A stretch of DNA of 61,398 bases from an uncultured Anaerolineaceae bacterium (lineage in GTDB: Bacteria > Chloroflexota > Anaerolineae > Anaerolineales > UBA4823), in contig CAZGIX010000004.1 in NCBI GenBank assembly GCA_964525785.1, positions 1 to 61,398 on the forward strand, in the 5' to 3' direction. Positions 55,238 to 61,398 of the stretch are shown in pieces. The first letter of the stretch is position 1. Every line of letters starts with the position of its first letter. A program made the translations under genes and the position numbers. The notes beneath the pieces were generated by a model. That model was not told the origin of the DNA. It ran no database searches and saw only the letters and a list, made by a program, of their open reading frames with translations.

Positions 55238-55888
55238 TTAATTCTGCTTCGCACCGCACTCGGAGCAAAATTTGACACCCGAATCGATCTTTGCTCTGCA
55301 TTCAATGCAGAATTTCTCTGATTTGATCTTAGTCCCGCACTCCGGACAGAATTTTGCATTTTTGGCGAGTGGAGCTTCGCAGTTCGGACAAGCAGCGACT
55401 ACGCCTTCTCGCCAGCTGGATTCTTTCAGCATCTCCCGGTCTTCCTCAGTCATCTTGGAGTGCGCCCAAATCTCCTCGACAGTCCGGCTCGATTGGGCAG
55501 CAGCCATCTCCACACCCAGATCGGGGGAGCATTCCTTGCACAATCCTTTGGAAGGATTCCAGCAGTTCTTTCGGCATACCCAGCTTGAACAGCGCGGGCA
55601 TTGGATAAATTCGGACTTAACCTCTTTCATCGCTCTGACGAAGGCATCGTCGTGAGCGCGTTCCCAACCCGCCGACCGGACCCTCTCGCTTACATCCGCA
55701 GCTTGACCGAATATTCCCCCAAACAGACCGCTGGCGGTATCCAGGGCCCCCGATATCATGCTGATACCTGAAGACTGGAATCGGGTACGGTAGCCCATTC
55801 CACAGCGATTGCAATTGAACTCAAACTGGAAGCCCTGGTCGGTGCTCATATCCGAATAGTTGTTGGTGAACTCAATTCTTCCTTCCAT
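55238..55888 (-). CDS. Multi zinc-ribbon protein (double zinc ribbon C-terminus)
   Basis: 16 Cys in CxxC/CxxxC pairs (CNRC, CPRC, CRKNC, CKEC, CPNC, CPEC, CIEC, CSEC). Start ATG 55888 with GGAGG. Confidence 0.82.
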   Translation of the reverse strand: MEGRIEFTNNYSDMSTDQGFQFEFNCNRCGMGYRTRFQSSGISMISGALDTASGLFGGIFGQAADVSERVRSAGWERAHDDAFVRAMKEVKSEFIQCPRCSSWVCRKNCWNPSKGLCKECSPDLGVEMAAAQSSRTVEEIWAHSKMTEEDREMLKESSWREGVVAACPNCEAPLAKNAKFCPECGTKIKSEKFCIECRAKIDSGVKFCSECGAKQN

Positions 55889-56121
55889 CCAGCATGCCCT
55901 CCCAATTGACGCAGTCATCAGCACCAAAATCAATTATGTTTTTCTATTATACAACGCAGCCTCGTCCTGATACTTGAGAATGGGCTTACATTTCCCTTAG
56001 GGCCGTTGAATAAGACTTCCACAAGAATCCGAAAATCCGGGTTTCCCCTCGCTAAGGGGAAGGAATTGGCTGCAGAAAGTGAATGCTTTACGTTTGAGGA
56101 TAAATGTTGTAGACTTCATCC

Positions 56122-58644
56122 ATGCAGATTGACCTGGAATTGTACCGGCGCAGCGTTCGCATCGCTGCAGATCCACCCCTGTATTTATCTGTCATCGACA
56201 TCCATCCCGACCAGCCCCAGCGTACAATCGTATTCTTACATGGTTTTGGTGGCAGGGCTCGCCAGTGGGTCTATCAGCTGCAGAATTTCTCCGCATCCAG
56301 CCGGGTGATCGCCATCGATCAGCGCGGGCACGGTCATTCCAGCAAACCGGGCGGTAAATATACCATGTCTGTTTTGGTCACCGACCTGCTGGCGGTGCTG
56401 GACACTTTTGGCATCAATGAAAAAATCGTACTGGCAGGACATTCCTTTGGCGGCGCAATTGCCACAGATTTTACCGCCCGCTATCCCGAGCGGGTGGAGC
56501 GCTTGATCCTGATCGCCACACCCGGAGAGTATCGGCTCAACCCGGTTTACCGCAACCTGCTGCGCCTGCCCGCCACCACCCTGCAGGCGCTGACGCCTTT
56601 TACTCGAAGCTGGCTCGGAGCTCCGCCGCCGATCCTGAAGGCATGGCATGAGGATGCATTAATCACCTGGAACAGCTGGCAGCGGTACGGAGAAGTAAAT
56701 GTGCCAACCCTGGTAATTCGCGGCTACCAGGATCAGGTGTTTAAACGACCGCTCTACGAAGAGGTCGCCCGCACTATCCCAAACTCAGAAGAGATCGATG
56801 TGGGCGCCTCCGGACACATGGTAATGCTGGAGCGGCGCGATGCGGTTAACCGAGCCATCAGCCGCTTCCTTGAAACCTCTAACCGCTCATGGCGAGAGGA
56901 TGAAGGACAGGAGCAGGAACAGCGGCAAAACGACCTTAACCATGAGCGTCCCTGGCTTCCATATTACGCTGCTGGAACGCCCCAGACAGTAGCCATCCCG
57001 CGCGTTCCGCTCCCATCCCTGCTCGATTCGGCTGCCCGCCGCTACCCAGGCCGCATTGCCGTCCACTTCGAGGGTCGCCGCATTACTTACCGCCGTTTAG
57101 AGCGGGAGGTAAATCGCTTTGCCAATGCCCTGCTTGGATTGGGCTTGAATAAGGGTGAGCGGGTGATGTTACTTCTGCCCAACCTGCCTCAAATGGTCAT
57201 TGCTTTTTACGGCACGTTGAAAGCTGGCGGGGTAGGGGTTTTTACGCTGCCGACCACCGAGGTGAGTGAGCTGATCCGACAGGTGAACGATTCCGGCGCA
57301 ACCGTGCTGGTAACCCTGACCCAATTCGATGAGCTGATCCAACGCTTGAAGCAGCAGCTCGATGAGCGAGGCAGCTCGCCATTAAAGCATATCATCTTCA
57401 CCCATGTTAGCGATTACCTGCCGCTCTACAAACGGTTGGCTTTCGGTTTGTCTCCCCGAAGGCGGCTGCTGCACCTGCTGGACATTCCCATGGATGCCAG
57501 TATGCACGTCTTAAGCCAGCTATTGCGAAGCGCCAGCCAGGAAATCCCAGAAGTCCAGGTAGCCTCCACAGATATGGCATGCATCATCTATACGGGCGGC
57601 ACCACGGACACACCCAAGGGCGTGATGCTGTCGCATACCAACCTGGTGGCAAACACCCTGCAGACCCGCCACTGGTTTGCCATGGCAGAGGAGGGTGTAG
57701 AGCGATTCCTGTGTGTGCTGCCCTTCTCTCACAGCTACGGTCTGACAACGGCATTAAATGTGCCTCTGTCGTTGGGAGCAACCCTGATCGTCAAAGCTCA
57801 GTTTGAGATCACTGATATCCTGAAAACGATCCGCCGCCAGCGACCGACGATCTTCCCGGGAGTTCCTCAGATGTACGTGGCGATCAAGGACGCACCCGGG
57901 GTGCGCAAATTCGGGATCGACTCGATCAAAGCCTGCATCAGCGGATCGGCTCCCTTGCCGGTAGAAGTGCAGGAGGCTTTCGAAAAATTAACGCATGGTC
58001 ACCTGGTGGAGGGCTACGGATTAACAGAGGCATCACCAGTCACTCATGCCAATCCATTGAATGGATTACGAAAGGTTGGCAGCATCGGCATCCCACTGCC
58101 TAATACAGACGCGCGTATCATGGATTTAAAGACCAGCCGGCGACGCGTACCAACTGGTCAGATCGGAGAGCTGGCGGTGCGCGGACCCCAGGTGATGGTC
58201 GGCTATTGGCAGCAGCCTGATGAAACCGAGCGCGCCCTCTCTCTAGATGGATGGCTGCTCACCGGGGATATTGCCCAGATGGATAGTGATGGCTATTTCC
58301 GCATTATTGCCCGCAAAGCTGATATGTGGTATCCCTCCAGGCAGCGGGACAAGCCGGCTTTTCCACGCGATATCGAGGAAGTTCTCTACGAGATCCCCCA
58401 AGTGAAGGAGGCTGCAGTTATCGCTATTGCCAACCAGCCGATCGCCTTCGTGATCAGCGGTAAAGACCGCCCTTCCTCAGAATCCGTCATCGGGTACTGC
58501 AAACGTCGCCTGCCGCCAGAGCTGGTGCCGCGCCTGGTCATATTCCTGGATGAGTTCCCGCGCACATTTATTGGAAAGGTGCTGCGCCGTGAGCTGGCTC
58601 GGCGCATCGAGCTTTCCAGCCAAACAACTTTTCATTTCAAGTGA
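56122..58644 (+). CDS. Fusion of alpha/beta hydrolase and long-chain acyl-CoA ligase-like adenylation domain
   Basis: N-terminus HGFGG, DQRGHG, GHSFGG, GHMV. C-terminus RPWL..Y, YTGGTTDTPKG, EGYGLTE, WLLTGD, GKVLRR. Confidence 0.88.
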   Translation: MQIDLELYRRSVRIAADPPLYLSVIDIHPDQPQRTIVFLHGFGGRARQWVYQLQNFSASSRVIAIDQRGHGHSSKPGGKYTMSVLVTDLLAVLDTFGINEKIVLAGHSFGGAIATDFTARYPERVERLILIATPGEYRLNPVYRNLLRLPATTLQALTPFTRSWLGAPPPILKAWHEDALITWNSWQRYGEVNVPTLVIRGYQDQVFKRPLYEEVARTIPNSEEIDVGASGHMVMLERRDAVNRAISRFLETSNRSWREDEGQEQEQRQNDLNHERPWLPYYAAGTPQTVAIPRVPLPSLLDSAARRYPGRIAVHFEGRRITYRRLEREVNRFANALLGLGLNKGERVMLLLPNLPQMVIAFYGTLKAGGVGVFTLPTTEVSELIRQVNDSGATVLVTLTQFDELIQRLKQQLDERGSSPLKHIIFTHVSDYLPLYKRLAFGLSPRRRLLHLLDIPMDASMHVLSQLLRSASQEIPEVQVASTDMACIIYTGGTTDTPKGVMLSHTNLVANTLQTRHWFAMAEEGVERFLCVLPFSHSYGLTTALNVPLSLGATLIVKAQFEITDILKTIRRQRPTIFPGVPQMYVAIKDAPGVRKFGIDSIKACISGSAPLPVEVQEAFEKLTHGHLVEGYGLTEASPVTHANPLNGLRKVGSIGIPLPNTDARIMDLKTSRRRVPTGQIGELAVRGPQVMVGYWQQPDETERALSLDGWLLTGDIAQMDSDGYFRIIARKADMWYPSRQRDKPAFPRDIEEVLYEIPQVKEAAVIAIANQPIAFVISGKDRPSSESVIGYCKRRLPPELVPRLVIFLDEFPRTFIGKVLRRELARRIELSSQTTFHFK

Positions 58645-58647
58645 GCA

Positions 58648-59508
58648 TTGAATAGATCGTCCCGAACAATGGAATATAGCAATAACAGCTCAGGGATCAA
58701 TTATCTTGTCCAAGGGGACGGTATCCCGGTCCTGTTGATCCATGGCATGGCAGCCTCGTTGCAGGATTGGGCCAGTTTATCCCCGTCTTTGGCTCTCGCC
58801 GGGTTCAGAGCCTACCGCCTCGATCTTCCCGGACACGGGCAGAGCGAAAAGCCGGATGATCCCAGCCAATACCACATCGAAGCTTTCTCCTCGCGTTTGA
58901 GCGGCTGGATCGACAGCCTTCAGTTGCCGGAGCCGCCGCTGCTGGTTGGTCACTCGCTGGGAAGCTATCTGAGCTTAAACTATGCCATGTGCCACCCCGA
59001 AAACGTCCGCGGGATGGTGCTGATCAACCCGCTGTACAGTCCCGAACAGCTGGCACCCATCTTGCGGGTCATCCGGCGCAGACCGGCCCTGGGTGTTAAG
59101 GCCATGCGTGCCGTGCCGGAATGGCTGATTAATTTATTCCTTGGGTGGGATCCGAGCAGCGCAGCGAACTTCTCTCCCGAAATCCGCCAGCAAATCGCCA
59201 ATGACTACAAGCGCGCTTCTCCGCACTTTCTCTACATCACCAGGGATTTCCCCGACTTATCTGGCTCACTGGGGGTGATCAATATCCCCGTGCTGGTGAT
59301 CTGGGGTGAGCATGATCTCACGCTCAACCCAGATTCATTCCAGCACTTGGTCCAGTGTCTGCCAAACGCCACTGGACACGCAATACCAGGAAGCGGTCAC
59401 CAGCCCCATATCGGGAATCCCAACCTGGTGAACCGTCTAACTGTGGAGTTTGCCAGATCGGTTTCTACTAAGCCACTTCTAGATAACGCTCAACTTCCCA
59501 GTCCGTAA
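58648..59508 (+). CDS. Alpha/beta hydrolase (start may be ATG 58669)
   Basis: LLIHGMAAS, LDLPGHGQS, GHSLG, IWGEHD, GHQPH. Confidence 0.9.
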   Translation: MNRSSRTMEYSNNSSGINYLVQGDGIPVLLIHGMAASLQDWASLSPSLALAGFRAYRLDLPGHGQSEKPDDPSQYHIEAFSSRLSGWIDSLQLPEPPLLVGHSLGSYLSLNYAMCHPENVRGMVLINPLYSPEQLAPILRVIRRRPALGVKAMRAVPEWLINLFLGWDPSSAANFSPEIRQQIANDYKRASPHFLYITRDFPDLSGSLGVINIPVLVIWGEHDLTLNPDSFQHLVQCLPNATGHAIPGSGHQPHIGNPNLVNRLTVEFARSVSTKPLLDNAQLPSP

Positions 59509-60805
59509 CACGCATACGGGATTCTTCCACCTCCGCCCATTTGGCGCGTAAGAAGGCCTCATAGGTGATCGGACCGAGAGTCTCCTGCAGGAAAGTGTCT
59601 TTCTCAAGCTCCCGAAGGGCTTCTGCCAGGGAGCCAGGCAGCTCAGCGATGCCCATTTCGGCGCGTTCCTCGGCTGTAAGATGGTATACGTTGACATTGT
59701 TCAACGGCGTCGGGCAGGCAGTGTTATTCTCGATACCATCCAGAGCTGCCGCCAGCATAACGGACAACGCCAGGTAGGGATTTGCAGATGGGTCAGGGAA
59801 GCGCAGCTCGGCGCGCATGGATTTCTCTCTTCCAGGTGTGAAGCGCGGAATGCGGATCAACGCCGAGCGGTTGATCTGCGCCCAACCGATATATACCGGG
59901 GCCTCGTAGCCAGGCACCAGACGTTTATAGGAGTTTACAGTTGGCGCAACAATCGCAGCCATAGCGCGGGCATGCGCCAGCTGACCACCGATAAACCCAT
60001 AAGCAATAGGTGATAGGTGAAATTCCTCGCTCTCTTCGAAGAACAGGTTGTTGCCTTGATAGTCGAACAGCGACTGGTGACAATGCATCCCGGAACCATT
60101 GATGCCGAAGATCGGTTTGGGCATGAAAGAAGCGATCAGACCATGCTGGGCAGCGATAGCCTTGACCGTATACTTGAGGGTCAGGATGTTATCAGCTGCG
60201 CGTAGTGCATCCGCGAAACGAAAATCGATCTCGTGTTGTCCTAAAGCCACCTCGTGGTGGCCCATCTCAACTTCCAGCCCCATACTGGATAAAGCCGCCA
60301 TTAGCTCGGTACGTACCCGGACGGCCTCATCGTTGGCGGAGAAATCGAAGTAGCTGCCAACATCATGCGGCACAGGGTGGATCATATCTGGGCCATTGTG
60401 CCGGAACAGGAAGAATTCCGGCTCCGGACCGACGTTAAAGGTCCACCTGCGTTTTTCGATCTGCTGCAAAATTCGCTTGAGCGTACCACGCGGATCACCT
60501 GTGAACGGCGCTCCATCTGGCTGATAAATATCGCAAAAGACACGCGCCCGCCGCAGCTCTGGCGGTGTCCAGGGGAGTACTGCATAAGTGTCTGGGTCGA
60601 TCACCAGGCGCATATCGCTCTCCTGGATGCGAGCGAAACCCTCCACCGACGAGCCATCGAACCACACACCGTCCTCCAGGGCGCCTGCCAGGCGGGCGAC
60701 GGGAATATCGACGCTCTTTACTACGCCGGTGACATCAGTAAATTGTAAAGCGATGAATTTAATGCCATCTGATTTAACTTGGTTAAGTAGTGCTTCGTTG
60801 TCCAT
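59468..60805 (-). CDS. glnA: Glutamine synthetase type I (GSI-alpha-like)
   Basis: FDGSSVEG, EPEFF, HHEVA.GQHE, FMPKP..G.NGSGMH, YKRLVPGYEAP, NRSALIR, ELRFPD, WEVERYL. GGAGG RBS. Confidence 0.96.
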   Translation of the reverse strand: MDNEALLNQVKSDGIKFIALQFTDVTGVVKSVDIPVARLAGALEDGVWFDGSSVEGFARIQESDMRLVIDPDTYAVLPWTPPELRRARVFCDIYQPDGAPFTGDPRGTLKRILQQIEKRRWTFNVGPEPEFFLFRHNGPDMIHPVPHDVGSYFDFSANDEAVRVRTELMAALSSMGLEVEMGHHEVALGQHEIDFRFADALRAADNILTLKYTVKAIAAQHGLIASFMPKPIFGINGSGMHCHQSLFDYQGNNLFFEESEEFHLSPIAYGFIGGQLAHARAMAAIVAPTVNSYKRLVPGYEAPVYIGWAQINRSALIRIPRFTPGREKSMRAELRFPDPSANPYLALSVMLAAALDGIENNTACPTPLNNVNVYHLTAEERAEMGIAELPGSLAEALRELEKDTFLQETLGPITYEAFLRAKWAEVEESRMRVTDWEVERYLEVA

Positions 60806-60844
60806 GTCAATCCTCCATAGGTTCTATAGATAAATGCTAAGAGA

Positions 60845-60869
60845 GACGCCTGTCACCTGGGCGTCTCAT
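60845..60869. promoter_or_regulatory. Palindrome upstream of glnA (terminator or operator)
   Basis: GAGACGCC-N9-GGCGTCTC in the fmdB-glnA intergenic region. Confidence 0.45.
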
Positions 60870-60923
60870 TTTATACAACCATACAAATTGTGTTTTAGGT
60901 CGACCCCCGTTCACGTGCTTCGG

Positions 60924-61220
60924 TCATTCACTGTCCTGCTTGGACTGGTTCCCAGTAGTTGTGTTGCTGGAGCTCGTTTCAGCTTCCTTCTTTTCCTCAG
61001 GCGCCTTGTCTTTGGCGGTAGTCCGGCTTGCTCCAGATGGGGAGCGATGATCGGTCGAATAGAAGCCCGAGCCCTTAAATACAATTCCAACTGGCAGATA
61101 AACTTTCCGCAGCGCCTTCTTGTTGCACTCCGGACAGCGTGTCAACGGCGGATCAGTAAAATGTTGCTGGCGTTCAAACTGCACACCGCAATTTTCACAC
61201 CGGTAGGTATAGATAGGCAT
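60924..61220 (-). CDS. FmdB family zinc-ribbon regulatory protein
   Basis: MPIYTYRCENC...CPEC...IVFKGSGFYSTD, low-complexity tail. Start ATG 61220 with GAGG. Confidence 0.9.
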   Translation of the reverse strand: MPIYTYRCENCGVQFERQQHFTDPPLTRCPECNKKALRKVYLPVGIVFKGSGFYSTDHRSPSGASRTTAKDKAPEEKKEAETSSSNTTTGNQSKQDSE

Positions 61221-61271
61221 GCGATTACCTCTACAAATCCAAATACTTGCCTTGAGAAACCACAAAAGTTG

Positions 61272-61300
61272 ATTATAGCGCGCTCAGCTTGCATTGGCAA
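61272..61300 (-). promoter_or_regulatory. Sigma70-type promoter of the FmdB-family gene
   Basis: Minus strand reads TTGCCA-N17-TATAAT. Confidence 0.7.
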
Positions 61301-61398
61301 GTTAAACGGCCCGCCGGTGTAGGGTGAACGCATCTAAATTCCACTAGACAAAAACGAGGAACTTGGCTTATCCTCATCCAACACTCGACAAATGAGGA

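Overview
A 61.4 kb chromosomal window with no prophage, IS transposase, CRISPR array or rRNA. Gene content (DUF2298/Chlor_Arch_YYY proteins, Clostridia-like mre/min operon) suggests a Chloroflexota bacterium, probably Anaerolineae; this is inference. It holds about 47 CDS and one tRNA-Gln(CUG). From left to right: (i) fabH 3' end, an orphan membrane protein with a structured leader, ftsH, ygfZ flanked by REP-like palindrome clusters, and fabL; (ii) a minus-strand run encoding an epimerase, GNAT succinyltransferase, OSBS/N-succinylamino-acid racemase, cyclase-family hydrolase and PEBP protein; (iii) tRNA-Gln, glnS, an esterase and gltX; (iv) a 34 kb minus-strand run: tlyA, lepA, flippase, GT4, two methyltransferases, four GT-C-fold membrane proteins, cmk, three plsC-like genes, an orphan histidine kinase, mreBCD-mrdA-minCDE-rodA and gltX; (v) M20 peptidase, DUF1385, CARDB/WD40 lipoprotein, phosphodiester glycosidase, yjbQ, a Cwh43-like membrane EEP protein, a multi-zinc-ribbon protein, a hydrolase-acyl-CoA-ligase fusion, a second hydrolase, glnA and an FmdB-family gene. 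The best candidate for an undescribed system is the roughly 15.7 kb lipid-carrier-dependent, extracytoplasmic glycosylation cluster at 29552-45245, whose parts resemble archaeal agl N-glycosylation loci and which is directly linked to cmk and three acyltransferases. All family assignments come from motif recognition, not database searches.
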